The position numbers and the translations under genes were made by a program. The notes under the pieces were generated by a model that was not told the origin of the DNA, ran no database searches, and was given only the letters and a program-made list of their open reading frames with translations. This document shows positions 11,346-25,915 of a stretch of 54,069 nt of DNA, in pieces; positions within the stretch are counted from its first letter, which is position 1, and each line of letters starts with the position of its first letter. Source of the stretch: Bugula neritina (Eukaryota > Animalia > Bryozoa). Location of the stretch: NCBI GenBank assembly GCA_964035545.1, contig CAXIUT010000057.1, positions 209,185 through 263,253 of the forward strand, read 5' to 3'.

Positions 11346-14300
11346 ATGAAAAGCGAGTACATAAAAAACCACATCAATCTCAAAGCCACTCCAAGGCAGC
11401 CAACTAGTCCCACCTAGCAAGAATAACCCTTCATTTCAAAGCCATCCAAGAAGACAACGATCCCACTACTTGGGCAAAATTCTAATCAGAACTACAGATA
11501 GCAAAGAATCATAGAGAACTAAAAGCCAAAGACAAAGAGCCCATCTTCAAATGTACAATAAATATGATTTAGATTTGGTTGAAAGAAACGTCAAAAATTT
11601 TTATTTCCTAAAAGAACACAGAAACATCGAATTGAGACTCCTAAAATCGACTAAAACTCAACTAGAAGGATACTAGCTAGATTGGAAACAAATATGGAAA
11701 AATCTGCAAACCTAATTTCCATAGTTACCATCAGTTAAATTATACAACGAGCTGACAGATTTCTTGAAAGTCATCCGTCATCTCTACAACCCAGACAACG
11801 CACTATAAGTAACAAACTATTTCATTCAACATCATTCTCTTTATACTGACAACTTATACAACTACATTTCTATGTTTGTGAATACAAATAAAAAAACAGA
11901 TCGGTCGTATCAGAAGGAATATCTCGATCGATTGATCCAACTGTATCACATGAACCAGTTGAAAGCCAGTGATTTGCTGGTGATGTATATCAATGCGACA
12001 AAATACCATTCATTTGAGGTAGATTAGAATATCCATAAGGAATTGAATAAGATAATATTGTATTCTTTGTCTGTTCCTAGCAATGATAAGAAATAATCAA
12101 TTTAGTCTAAATTTAGTACACAAACTGCCAATATCATCTTCAGAATTATTGGAAAATGTAACAAATAATCAGAATATCTACTCTAACAGGTCTTTCAGCT
12201 GATGAAACATTTTATCAGACCATTTTAAGATTCTAAAAAACCTTTGAAGTTGCTGTGTCTGTTTATTATGGGAATAAGTAAAAGAATAGATGCCTAATAA
12301 GGCTACAGAAACAAAATATAGAAATTGAAAAAGAAAGAACAATAAAGAATATCAAAATAACTAAACAAAAAATAAAACAAAATATAAGAGCCATAAAGTT
12401 AACATACAGTTGCATAGTCAAAACCAAAATAAAAACATAGCGAAGAATAGTAATAATCAGATGAAGATGAATAGCAGTAGGATTCCGATGACGATGGCGA
12501 CAACAAGATGGATAAATTGATAACAATGTAGTTATAGTTATAATAGAACATTTCTTAACAAAATTCTAATCAAAAGAAAATAGATAAGTATGAATTGTTG
12601 CTTAGAAATTAAATAACTATAGAAATTAAATAAATTATCAGAAAGTTTATAACTACGAATCTTTAGTTTATTTTTTATGTTAATAGTAAAAAAATGGTAA
12701 GTCGTATTTTAAAGAGAAGTATTTAAGTTGTTTCCAGAATTGGTTGTTAAATCTCTTTAGGTTCTTTAGAAAGCAGGCAATATTCCTCAAATCAACTAAG
12801 ATGGATTGATAAATAATATCTAACACATAGCTAAACACTTATTTACTAGAACATTGATAGACAAAGGTTAATTTCTTGAACATATGCTCAAAGTGCTAGC
12901 TAGAGTAAAAGAAGCAAGAAGAATAACTGATGTTTGGACGATTATCAATGCTTTCGTTATCAAGATACCTTTACTAGATGAAAAAGATATAGAAGAAGTT
13001 CCATAAAATCAAAAATAAGCATTCTAAAAGAAATACAATCAAAATTACAATAGATTTTATGAAATTACAGTGATGATATATTCTAATGCGTCAAAAGACT
13101 ATTCTAGTAGAGTCAATACTATGATTTAAATGGAAGCACCAATGTCGATCACTACATCATGGAGGTATTAGGCAATAGTTATCCTAGATTTAGAAAGCGA
13201 GTGCTAAGAGAAATATAAGAAAATATTTTATAAAACAATAATAAATTTTTATTGAGTATTTTCCATTCTGGAATCAGACCATCTAAAAACTTCTAACTCT
13301 CCTTGCGACAAATGATATAAAATGGCAACATAGAAAGCTAAGATAACATGAATTTGGACATCAGTGTGAATGGTATCCTCAGTATCGACATGGACCATAT
13401 CATAAATAAAAAAACTTGATAAGAAAGTATAGTAAAAAGAACAATTATAAATTTTTGAGACAATCTATGGCTAGTTTGACTAATTTCAACATCAATTGCT
13501 AGCCTTTGAGATCAGATCTTGATTATTTGGATAATAAACCTTAGTTGAAATTGGAACAAGAACCTCCTTTTGATTTGATATCTGATAAAATGAAACATGT
13601 GCATAGCTACATGTATGAGTTGGTTGACTAGTTGCATGAATGTTTGAAAGAATTTTAAGAACAGCCTTTGAGATAATTGTAATATTCTGTGTTAGTTTAA
13701 CAATGCTATAAATCAAAAGATAATGATTTCAAAAATATGAAAGTATAGAAAAGAAAAACTATCAATGAATTGCTTTAAATCATCCGGAATATTAGCTAAC
13801 ATCTTTTCCATTAATTTTAATACTACAATCCTCAGACAAATACCATCTAATTTAAATAAGCTCCATATAAGAGGTAATCTCTCTTGAAAAATGATAAATT
13901 CATTACTAGTATACACTCGATAGTCTACAACTAACTGTTTTTGCATGATCATAATATAATGAACAACCTCTCAACTTTACTATAGACTGAAATATTCTTT
14001 ATGTACAGACATCAGTTAAGACTGTAAAAGCAAGTATTGAAGAAATACATGAGAAAGAATGCAAAATAATAACTCAAAGGATAAAGCAATCTCACATATA
14101 TCAATAACATCCTTATAGGTAAAGCAAGAATCGCTCATTATTCTCTTTTAGTCAACACCTACAGAGATTCAGTATAGATATAATGCATAAAAGATATACT
14201 AAAGATCCTTCTGATCGCACCAGGCAATGAAAGCATGAACACAATCCATAAGATAATATTCAAAAAATCATAAAATCTATCCTCAGATATCAACCTGATA

Positions 14301-16639
14301 ATCCAACTACTATCGAAATCAATAAATTCAAGATTCTATTACTAAAAAGTATTTAGTCTCCTCTCTGACACCCTCAATTCTGGCTGCAAATTTACTTCTC
14401 AACAAATAATCGATATCATATCATCTCACATTCCTTTAATTCAATCCTAGAACATAAAAATTAAATAACAATCATTAAGATCACTTGAAAGATACATGAA
14501 AACTATGTATAAAGATGACTTCTATGGTTTTGTTTAGAATAAGTTAAGATAATATACCAAAAAAGATAAATTGGAGCTAGTGTGGATTATTTCTGTGCTA
14601 GTTATTATCAAATAAAGTAGAAATGATACACCCATTGATGACTATTTGCAATCTATTAGATAGTATCTTAAAGAATTGGAAAAATTGATTGTATCTGATA
14701 TCAGAATCGTACGTAGAATTGCCTTATTTGCGTATTCATTTTGTATCAAAAGAGCAAAATAAACAGTCAAAGTATATTAATAAAAATAATGCTAAACTGT
14801 TAAATACTAAAAACCTAAAAGTATACTATAATTATATAAAAATGGATTTCTCAGATAATAGCATATAAATAGAAAAGATCTATCAAATAAAGAAGTTTTA
14901 AAGAAACTAAGTCCATATTCAACATACAAAACAAAAACTTATCTCGATAACTAAACCTATAAACTAATCTAACAATAATCTTTCGCATTTATGCTAGAAA
15001 ATCATGAACTATCAATCAAAATACTAAAACAATTTCACACCGATATGGCTGCTTCAGTCGAGCAGGTAATCTCTATGCTTCACAACAAGAAACATGACCT
15101 GAGTGAGATAGCTGTTCGATCATTGTAGGGGTGTTTTGTTTATGCCAAATTGTAGAAATTACATTTCGATCGATTTTAGAATCAATTCGGGTAGTCTTTT
15201 TTCAAATATCTTCTTATGAAAGATGCAAGTATATTTATATTTATTTAGAATGCTATCAATTTGGGTTCTTTAGAGCTAGTAAAGGATAAATATAAGCTTT
15301 GCTGGTCAATTTGTAAGCCTATGATAATCAAACTTTAATCATGATCTATCTCAACGATATCTTAGCTGCTTATGATAAACATAGATAAGATCTTTCAGAA
15401 TAAGTTCGAGGATAAGTTGAAGCCTTTATTTAAAAAATAATATCTTAGATGTTGTTTAAAGGTTCAGGAACTCTTTTCAAACCTTTGCTGATCTTGATTG
15501 GGCGCTTTAAGGCTCGTTAATCTTTAGGTTTCTTATAAAAGTATTTAAATTCTTTGATACTTAAAAAGTAAAAGGTATCAAGAGCATCTCAAATGCTTTT
15601 CATTTTGGCCTAAGATAACTATACTCTTTATACTGATATAGCCAAATTTTTATTAAATTAAAAGATCTAGATAAACCACAACTATATATTAACTCTTTTC
15701 AACTCAATCATATCACTTCCTGAAAAGTACATGCTTACTGACAAATAAATAAAAACATACAATATAGTTGATCTCTAGAAATAAAAATCTAACCAATCTA
15801 TTCAAAAGTTTATCCACTAATAGATATATCTACCCAAAACAAATTAATTTAATGAGACATTAATCGCTTATCTGAAGAAATATATCTCTTTTATAAATGT
15901 TTCTGATTAAGAACAACCAAATACTCATAAAAATTAACTGATTAAAGCTACATATAACATCACTACTTCATCTATTACTACTTTTAGTCAGTTCTTTTAG
16001 ACCTAAGAAACTTCAGCTATCATTCTTGAACTTTTAGAAATTATGTTCCAGCTTTTTGAGTGCAAAATGGAGTTAATGATAGATTATAAACAGCTATAAG
16101 ATACTATTAGGTTTGTAATAGGAAACAAACATGACTTTATCGATAACTTTGAGAAAGTACTTGATGTTATAATCAAATATATCCCCAAACTACCAATGAA
16201 AAAACAAGCAGATATTATCAAAATCATCAGCAATCGACCTGGCAACTTCAAATTCATCTCCCAGAAATACTACCAACAATTCATAACAACTCTCCTGGTC
16301 TTCTAATAAAATTCAATGATATACAAAGATTTACTGATCAGTCTTTCAACTCTTCTCGCCTATGTACCTCTTTCTTTGTCTGAAATATAAAAGATAGCAT
16401 CAGAAGCGAGTAAAGGTCAGGCCTTGTTGCTTCTGCAAGCGTATGTAATGGCAACTGAAGACATAGCTAGTAAATATGTTGATAGGATATTATCTGATAG
16501 TTCAAGATAGAGAAGAAACTTGTTTTGTAAGTAGATGTTACAACTCAGAGGGAAGAAGTAGTATTTAGATGATGAGAATAGATACGAGTAGTGGAAGGAG
16601 ATTAAACAGTTCTCCAATCCTTATCATTATCATGCTTGA
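11346..16639 (+). CDS. Very large (~1700 aa) helical hypothetical protein with an acidic patch
   Basis: Long open reading under TAR=Glu from MKSEYIKNHINLK to ...FSNPYHYHA-TGA; several small introns and possible indels; could be more than one gene. Confidence 0.55.
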
Positions 16640-16753
16640 TATTTATGATGATATCTTATTTATTCTTTTATCATTTTAATTCTCTTTTAAAATAATAAGA
16701 CTTCGCATTTTAAAATAAATCTAGACCATTGATTAATCAATTTATATTTTTCT

Positions 16754-17479
16754 ATGAAGAAGACTCCAGCTAAAGATAGTTCACAGTTCTATCAAGAAAA
16801 GGATTCTTAATTGACCAAACCTAAAATATACTGCAGTAGTTCAAAATAAATTGATAGAGTATGTGTGGAACCATAATGCAAAAATCCGTGCTCTTAGATG
16901 TGGTGATAGTGATTGTAGAAGTTGTTCTATTGATCACTAAACTTGCTCATGCAAGGAGATTAAAGTTTTTATTGGTCAACTTAATCAAAAGAGAAAAGAT
17001 ACTTTATAATTTCTTTAGAATGTTAAAAGAATTGAAGAATAATGTATTTCTACACTTCAGCAATATGATATAGAAGAGGAAGAAATGAAGAATAAAAAAT
17101 CAAGAAAAGAAAAGAAAATCATCAAAGAATTCTATAAAAGGAAAAAAATCATAAAAGTACCCTGAAAGGTGAATAAATGCTTTAAATCTATGAATAGTTT
17201 AGAAAAGTTCATAGATAAACCAAACAAAAAGCTTAAGCTTTGATAAATCAATATAAAAATGAAATTTAACAAATTATCTCAAAAATGAATTAACTCAAAA
17301 AAAATCTTTACTAATAATTTATCAAGCTGATTAGTCCTGAAGGCTAAATTGATTAATAAATATCTGAAAGATCCATCGATTAATCCTCTTTAAATGATTC
17401 ATAATTATCCCCATCATCACCAGTAATCAAGATAATAAAAGGACCAAAAAAACAATATGCAAAAAGAAAGGGTAAATGA
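16754..17479 (+). CDS. Cys/His-rich (B-box-like) zinc-binding + coiled-coil protein
   Basis: YCSSSKEIDRVCVEPECK(I)RALRCGDSDCRSCSIDHETCSC followed by an E/K-rich coil; one homopolymer frameshift. Confidence 0.55.
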
Positions 17480-17815
17480 TATTCCTTCATTATCATTCTT
17501 AATTAAAAATCATTTATTGATTTTTATTTATCAAAAACACTCAAAAAGAGAGATTATCATCTTATAATCTTTGTCTACTATTCATAGACTTTCAAAATAA
17601 TCAAGAAGATCTATGTTAAGTATCAAACAAAAATAATCTAAAATTTTTAATTGATAACTATCTATTCATATAACTATTTCATATTAACATATTTCTTTGT
17701 TTTTATCTTTAATTATAAACTAATTAACCTTATTCTATTAATGTTTGATGTTTTATTATCATATAACACTGGCTTTTATTTTTGGGCGTCGGATAGTATA
17801 ATAATATTTCGAAGA

Positions 17816-19315
17816 ATGTCGAATCACTCACTAGTGATCTTTCTTGTTCTCATAATAGCAACTACAAGTTTTACTTTTCAAGGCAACTGGACTCTAGTCG
17901 ATGCAGGTTTCCAGCAAGAAGGATAAAAGATTTAACTATAAGTGTCAGAGTTCATCTTCAGAGAACAGAGTATCATCCAGAAGTTAAGTTTCAAAGGATG
18001 TTAGTAAATGTTACTACAAGCAAAAGTTCAAAAGAACTAGATCTATATCAATCCCAGCACTTTCCTTTCTCGACCAATTGAAGGAAAATCATGTATTTTT
18101 ACTAATAACCCTCTCAATCTAATATTCTCAAAGCTATCAAAAGTTTTTTTCTTTGAAATAAACATAGATCGACTCGTATTTAAAAGTCCAATAGGTATCT
18201 CTCTTCTCTCCTTCAAAAGAAAAACTATCAGATAACCTATAAATATCAGCGGAATTTGGAATATGGTTCAATATGCTAACATAAAAACAGCTCTTTCTAT
18301 CTAAGCCAGCTAAAACTAACTAAGATTTTGCCAAGGAAAAGCCATATTCACTTATTAAATAGTAGACAGACGCAAAATAAAACTATCTAAAGTTATCAAT
18401 ACCTGTCCTTCATAAAAGCTAGTTGACACTGTAGAATCAGTCAAATTTTACCGCAAAAAAGGTACAATACTATACCTATACAACGAATAAGTAGATCAAA
18501 TAATCACAATGATATATCGCTAATAATACAACCAATAATAATCAATTTTCAAACCAAAAGAACCAACAATTCCTCAACAACCAAAACAACCAATATCAAC
18601 AAACAACCTCCAAGGCAACTGGACAATAAAATCGTTATTCAGCATTCCATTTCCCAACACCCCATATTATCTATAGTTCAAGTAAGAATCAATAGTTCTT
18701 CATGGTGGCTGCAATATCCATAACTTTGGATATGCTCTTACTGCGCCTACTCAAATTATCGAGGTAGGAGTAGGTGTTTCAACTCTAAGGTTATGTGGTG
18801 AAAGTGATGATCAACTCTATGTGTCAGGTCTTTAGAAATTGTATAAGTATTTGTTGAGTAATAGCAGTACTAGATATACTTTGAATACTTTTGATAAAAA
18901 TGGTAAACCTCTATATTAACTCTATATGAATAAAAATAATACAAATAGAGGAGTAACTAGATCGGTTGTTAAGAGAAAACCCAATCCTTTTGCACCTGGG
19001 ACCATGTTGATGCTACTTTTATAGAAAAGAAGTTTACCAAGAAAGATAGTGAAAGTGACATCAAATATATTAACTTTTAATTTGTGTAATAGCTATAAAT
19101 ATACATTTACAATTGATTCTCCTGAAGCAAATGAAGGAACAATCAAACTAGCTGGCAACTCATAAACTTAAAAAGCATGTGTTGATTCAAACGATCAAGT
19201 ATATTAAAGAATATTAGGTTCTGTATAAAGTTATGTGTTCAATGACAGAAACAATGTGATTATTTTGAAAGATGCCAATGATAATTAAGTTGTAAGTCTG
19301 AGTCGAACTGGGTGA
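17816..19315 (+). CDS. Secreted protein with four tandem META/HslJ-like domains
   Basis: Uninterrupted 499-aa frame; signal peptide MSNHSLVIFLVLIIATTS; repeats open with FQGNWTLV, ISGIWNMV and LQGNWTIK; HGGCN...STLRLC and LCN...ETEKAC match META GCN...STxMAC. Confidence 0.7.
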
Positions 19316-19475
19316 TCTTTATTGTATTAGATATACTTCTTTTTTATTACTAATAAATGATGTTGAAATGATATATCTATTTTGGTTGATTTGTGTAGAT
19401 TTTGATAGAATAATAAAAAACTATTTTTATTTTTTAATAGAATTATAAATAAAAAGGGTGTGCTTCTTTCTCTTA

Positions 19476-20110
19476 ATGGATATTTAGACCATAACTTTCA
19501 TAAAAATAGCTATTATTGCCACCTTAGCCCTCCTCAGTATGAAAAAAGTTAGAGATATGGGCCTTAGGCAACAATAATACCACAAAAAACAATAAAAAAA
19601 TACATTGAAAGAGATAATAATCTAACATAAAATAGACAACAAAGACGATAATACACTAAGTACATCAAATGTATCATAAAAACCATGTATTTTAGTAGAT
19701 AATAATCCAATTTATAATCAGTTGATCCAAAATATAATTAGTCGCTAAGATAGCTAATTTCAAGATGAAGGTTCTCTTTGTGATGAGTTATAAGTAAATT
19801 AAAAAGATAAAGAAGAAATCGATGGATAAGAAGATATGGATAAAAAAATGACAATAAGTACTAAGTTGTCAGAATAGATGTAGCAAGAATCAGAAGAATA
19901 GATCAGCTAATAAAATATAAAGCAACCACATAAATCAAGAAAATATAGTTTTAAATATATTTTGAATAGTTTTATTCCTAGAAATCTATCTATCAAAACA
20001 AAATCTAAAAAAAGAATAGTAAGAGACCTTCTAAGAAGAAGATCAGTAAACCTTTTTGTAATAAATAAAAGAGAAGATATGGTATTGAAAGTGAATAGAT
20101 TTACGATTGA
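19476..20110 (+). CDS. Hypothetical protein with N-terminal hydrophobic segment and charged body
   Basis: MDIETITFIKIAIIATLALLSMKK...; end approximate. Confidence 0.45.
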
Positions 20111-20118
20111 TTTTTGTA

Positions 20119-21076
20119 TCATTTTTTGAATTTGATCAGAATGGCACTCATATTATCCATTCCATAGAGATTTCCACTATCCTTGGACACCAGCTCATCC
20201 AATAGCTCTTCTATGATGGCCTGATTGCTAGCCTATTTTGAAAGACGACGCTTGACCCAATCAACCATATCACTATTCGACTTTACCTACCATATACCAT
20301 CGCAACCCATTATAATAAAATCTACATTCTAATTTTTAATTTTTAGGATATCTGGGTTAGCAGTTATAGCCTGCTCTTATGGCTTCACAGGAGCACGCTT
20401 ATACTCTAAATCTCCCAATGCTCTAGACAAATTCAAACCACCATTTACTCTCCCATCAGTCACTGTACTTCCAGCCTTTGTGATTCTATCTAACTAGCCA
20501 GGATCCAAAGGTTTATGATCTCTACTAAGTTATACAGTTTGTCCATTTACACTAGCTACTGCTCTGCTATCTCCAGCATTAGCGCAGTATATAGTATCAG
20601 GAGTTATGAGAACAACATTGGCTGTACAACCAGCATGTGACTAATCTTCATATTTTGGTCCATTATCTTTATCTCTCATCTATTTTTGAATTGCCTTGAT
20701 CTCATTTCTACCCTACTCCGACGACAACATCACATCCATCTTCATAAAACTCTATCTAAGTGCCTACTAAAATCTCCCATTTTGATAATTGGCATTCCCT
20801 TCCAACTACTTTATGTAATGCCTCTCAACATAGGCAGCAACTTCTGCTCCTAGATGAATGAACAGGTACCACCGTGGCCATCAAAGACTCCGAAGAGAGA
20901 GTGTTTGGCATTGGAAAGAGGAGAGGTGTTGATATGTGCGTCTTCCATGTAGATTCGCCAACCTGAGTAGAAAGGGAAATACCGCACATGTGGGAGACAG
21001 CGAAAGAAAGAGTGCCGAGTCCTTGTTTGCTGATGGTGTGTTTGGTTAGATCAGGTTGCGAACGAAAAGATCCCAT
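20119..21076 (-). CDS. Protein phosphatase 2C (PPM family)
   Basis: MGSFRSQP...[13 protein letters not shown]...VFDGHGGAEVA...AGCTANV...ANAGDSRA...[16 protein letters not shown]...GCDGIWE...GMDNMSAIL; two 20-nt introns (first 20963-20982). Confidence 0.96.
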
Positions 21077-21399
21077 TACAACTAATTAAATATAGTTGAA
21101 AATTTTGGTGTAGACTGTTTATTATTTCCTATAAAAAATATAGTCGTTCGAATTTTAATATTTCAAATCCTGAAATAAATATCAATATGATTCATCGATT
21201 TTATCTATTCATAGTATCAGAAATTTTAAATAAACTCAACTGCTAAAAGATCTTCCATCCTTGACTATCTAAGAAGGTATTTATTTATAGAGAAAACTAT
21301 TTATTTCTAAAACTTTACTATAAATAGGTTACATAAGAACAGAGAAAAGTTAAAGAATAAGTAAAATATTAGATAAATAAACTTTAAAAAATATGTCTA

Positions 21400-22460
21400 T
21401 CATCTTCTTCTTCTGGGAGACTCTCTAACAGGTTTCAAATTCTATCGAGAATGTTGCAGTTCATCTCCATCATAGTCATACTTACTAGATTTTTTAGGAC
21501 CAGGACCAACTTTTCTATTATCTCCTTCAGGATTACTATCTCCCTGTCCTTCAGTCTGCCCATAGCAAAACAACTTACATCCTCTAACAAGATAGAGGAA
21601 GAAATCCAAAAGCATAATGATAGCAATTCAAAAAAATCAAGATCATTATCCATGATATATTCTGATTTATACTTGAAGATGAAGAAAATACTGATGAATA
21701 TAGCTTCTCCTATAAAGAAGATAACTCTTTATACTATTGGATATTTGAACTATCCTTTCCACAGATAGAGCAAGAAATGAACTATAAGAGTGATCATGAC
21801 AGTATGCAGATAATTTTATGATCCATAATAAGTATGAAAGCCAATGAGTGCACCAGTAGCCAACAATCTTAGATAACTTAGAAATTCCATCCATTTTCTC
21901 CAAATATATGTGTTTTATTCTTGAATACACTTATATGCTATCAGTTGAACAATAGGCATCAAAGTTGCCACGGCCAATATGATTGCAGGAAGGAGTAAAT
22001 CATTTGTCTAGGCTGAATCCATGTTTATTTTTTGTAGTATTTCGTAAGTGGCCGAATAGGCGAGAGGAAGATAGACCCATTTGACGAATCCTTTGAAGGT
22101 GTTGAAGACAGGTTAGTATTAGATTGTTTTATTGCAACATTTTTGGAATAAAACAAAGATAAAACTCACCACAAGAATAATAACTAGGATAGTTGTCACT
22201 GATAGCAAAAAACCATTCGAACATACGAAATCACCTGCAGTGCAATCGTTATAAAAAGATCTATCTTATTTTAGCATAGCTGTGGTCAGATGGGAACTGA
22301 AAGCGGTCGATGCCATGGAGAAGGCGAAGAGGTAGGACATTTGTAAGAATTATAGACCCCTGAAGTAGTGGCGGAAGAAGAGCGGAATGAGAGGAGCAAC
22401 TGAAAGTGCTACTATTGAGATTACTAGAGCAGGAGTCTAGTAGTCTGAGAGGATAGCCAT
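21400..22460 (-). CDS. Multi-pass transmembrane protein
   Basis: MAILSDYETPALVISIVALSVAPLIPLFF...; about 8 hydrophobic segments and a charged tail; one apparent frameshift near 21630. Confidence 0.7.
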
Positions 22461-22671
22461 TGGTAATTACAATAATTAATATATTTAATTGCTTTTGAAG
22501 CAGATCCAGAAGATACTGTTTGCTTCAATCAAACATTATATTATAAACAATTAAAAGATAACTATAAACAATGATATCATTGATATGTTGATAACGGTTT
22601 ATCTATTATGTTTTTATTTACTCTCAATTTACTAATAATATTCCAAATAATAAAAAATATAATCCAAAAAA

Positions 22672-23505
22672 TCACTAATCCCCTCTCGACAACCTCCTCC
22701 TGGTAAAATATTTCTAAACATTATCAATATTGTTTTCCTGTTTGCTATAAAACTAATTAATAGTCACAAATCCCGTCGACTGCTCGATCACCTGCAAATT
22801 ATCATTCTTATTTCTAGATTTTATCTTGCAATTTAGCATCATCTCATGCGTATCACCTATCTCATCAATATACCCTCTCAAATATTTTTTATTATTGTCA
22901 CGAGCGATAGATATGATCTAGTGGTCCAGCTTTTTTAGTTGAGAATTTATTCTTATTTTCATAAATTTTGACTAAAGCTACTGCTGGCGCCGATTGTTGC
23001 TTGATACTTCGTTGAGAAATAGTCGTAGTTTGTTGAAGGTGTTCCTCGTGGTTAGACTTCTAGATGACAATGATAGTTTATTATATATGTTTTACGGAGT
23101 AATATCTGTTCTAAGATCTTACCCTCTTTTATAGAAAAAAACCTACTAAAATTATTTATCCCACCCATAGAATTTAACCAACAACCCCTTCTTCCTAAAC
23201 ACCTATCGATTCATTTCCACAAAAATGGACAATTAAAAGCATAGCTATTTACATGCACGCCATCGTTTGTTCAACTAATCTTTACCAATTAGCGTTTATT
23301 TATTAGTTTATATTGGCTATTACTATTACTAGTTTATTATTTGTGGTTTTGGCTTTGTTGGTAGTTTTTGATATGTCGATCTGAAATCTTTTAGCTTTGT
23401 TATGCTTGATTGGGCCAACTTTGTTGCCTTTATTTGACGCAGCTAGCGGAGAGTGGTGTTCATGTGGGGAACGGAATTCGAACGGGCGGTAAGTGCTAAA
23501 CTCAT
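22672..23505 (-). CDS. Hypothetical coiled-coil protein
   Basis: MSLALTARSNSVPHMNTTLRELRQIK...; open under TAR=Glu; probable intron near 23105-23122. Confidence 0.5.
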
Positions 23506-23656
23506 CTTGATAAAATTATTACGAATAATATTATCATACAATTATTTGGTTTAAAAGATAAAACATATTGGTTGTTTTACATTTAATAAAATTAGTAGTT
23601 TTTACGAGTTATAATGAGAATAGAATAAATAAATTATAATATTAAGTATAACGACT

Positions 23657-24482
23657 ATGCTATCTCCCTATTATTTCATCCCACGCACCCAAATAATCCA
23701 ATGGCTAAATGATCTCCTTAAAATAAACCTCACCAAGATAGAACAACTAGGATCAGCTACGATTTACTGCCATTTACTTGACGCAGCATTTCCCTAGAAG
23801 GTGCCATTGAACAAGGTCAAATGGAATGCCTATCTCTAGATAGATTTTTTACATAATTTCAAAATACTACAAACTTCTTTCTAGAAATTAGGAATAAAGA
23901 AGACATTCGATGTATTTTATCTTTTTATTTTAGGCTCAGAAATTGGCCAAAGCCAAATATCAAGATAATTTGTAGTTTATACAATGGATAAAAGGTACCT
24001 TCTAGGGTAGAATTAAATAGAATGGAGAGTATGATGCAGTTGCTAGACGAAATTGTGTTCAGATCAATTTGACGTTTAATTAATATAAAAAAAATTAGGT
24101 GAAACTAAGTAAAGAATGTAAAATTGGTAAATAAAATAGTGAAAATAAGGTAAGTAAAATGATTAAATCAGTTAACAATCAATAACAACAATAAAATACA
24201 CTTAAAAGCTATAGATCTGTTTTAGGAATCAAAACTATGAACAACAATATCCAAGAAATAACCAAACCTTTAAAGAAAAATTAAACCATAAAGAAACAAG
24301 AAAGCATACCATTGTAAATCAAATAAAACATCAAAATGATAAAAAATAACCAACAAAAAGATGATAGCAAATTAAAGAAGAAGAAACTATCGATAGTTGG
24401 TAGATGCTAGATTCCATTTAAGAAATAAAAGATCTTAAAGGGAGTATAGATAGTCCAATCAGATGAATAATAATGTTTCTGA
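23657..24482 (+). CDS. EB1: EB1/MAPRE-family microtubule end-binding protein
   Basis: RTQIIQWLNDLLKINLTKIEQLGSATIYCHLLD...KVPLNKVKWNA...HNFKILQ...KLAKAKYQDNLEFIQW; 3' end approximate. Confidence 0.9.
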
Positions 24483-24542
24483 TAAAAATAACCTATATTT
24501 TATCATATTTTCTATAAACTTTTAAATAATAATATTCTTCAA

Positions 24543-25579
24543 ATGTCAGGTCTAAGATTGCTCACCTTCAACACCTTTCTTCGCCCTCCGCCCATCAAAA
24601 CCAACTAAGACGACTACAAAGAATAACGATTCCAGGAGATGCTTAAAATTATACGCAACTACGATGTTATATGTTTCCAAGAACTCTTTCAAACTGGAAC
24701 TTTCAGACCATAGCGAATAGTGCAGTAGGCAATAAAACAAAGTACAGACAATTTAATATAGAATTTTATTACTGGAAAATGAGCGAACCACCTTCATTCT
24801 TTCCCGGTCCAGTAGTCGATTCAGGTCTTCTAGTAATATCAAAATACCCAATCGTTTACTCTTTGTTTTAGAGTTACAACATAGGCATTCTTTCAGACAG
24901 CGCATCAGATAAAGGCTACATCTATTGCAAAATAAATTACAGTGGATAGATAATACATCTCTTTGCTACCCATTTGCAAGCATCATATAAATTGCCAGGA
25001 CACTAGCTAGAAAGAGAGTTATCAGTTAGAACTAGATTGTATCAATTCGATCATTTACTTGATAAAATAAAATCGAATACTAGAAATAATGGATATACTG
25101 ATAGAGATCTGATATTGTTGGTGGGTGATCTAAATGTAGATAGCAACTAAAAACCATATAAACTATCAGAAAACAGTTGTCTCAAACAGGATACAAGCAA
25201 AAATAGACAAAAAGATAAAGTTATGACTGAATTTTCACTTCATCATATTAACAGTAGTCGTTCTAAGTAAGGATTCGAGTAGTTTCCTTAAATAATGGCT
25301 TTGATGGCCAAGAACAACCTCAAAATAAGCGATCATGGTTTCAACAGACACGGATGCCACCCTGTCACTTTCGGATAAGAAGATATCAAGTTGACAGGCA
25401 AGTAGGATTTCAAATCGAATCAGTCTTTGGACTATATTTTTAGCATCAGATAGTAAGGGAGAAATTAAGGTAAACTAAAAGTTGTAGAATAGAGTTGCCA
25501 AGTAGAACCTTTCAAGTATTAGGGCAGCATCTTCGGGCAACTGTCTGACCACTACGGCATGTCGGTTATTATCAAGTGA
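24543..25579 (+). CDS. Endonuclease/exonuclease/phosphatase (neutral sphingomyelinase-like)
   Basis: LRLLTFNTFLRP...YDVICFQELF...VDSGLLVISKYPI...SDKG...FATHLQASY...LVGDLNV...SLDYIF...QLSDHYGM. Confidence 0.9.
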
Positions 25580-25604
25580 TTGTTTCATATTTAGTTATCA
25601 TAAA

Positions 25605-25859
25605 TCATATGAGTTGTTCTGTAACTTGTTTGCGATATTCCATATAATCATTCTCTATTTTTTTTTGCAAAGACTGGGCATAGAAATTCTACATAAGCTA
25701 AGATGTTACTATAGCTAGTGATAGTGCAAAGCTGAATATGAAGAGTTGTACAAAGCGATCACCTTTTCTCTGTTTGACTGTTGAAAACAATTCTGATATC
25801 TTGACTGATTCTTTGAACTATTGGACTCCTTTGCGCCATTGGTGGAGGGCGTTTCCCAT
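25605..25859 (-). CDS. Small (84 aa) single-pass membrane protein
   Basis: MGNALHQWRKG...RFVQLFIFSFALSLAIVTSE...; clean ATG-to-TGA frame. Confidence 0.55.
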
Positions 25860-25915
25860 TAGTTATAATTGTGTATGATATAGATAATCGATCCCTAAAT
25901 TATAATTTAAAATAA

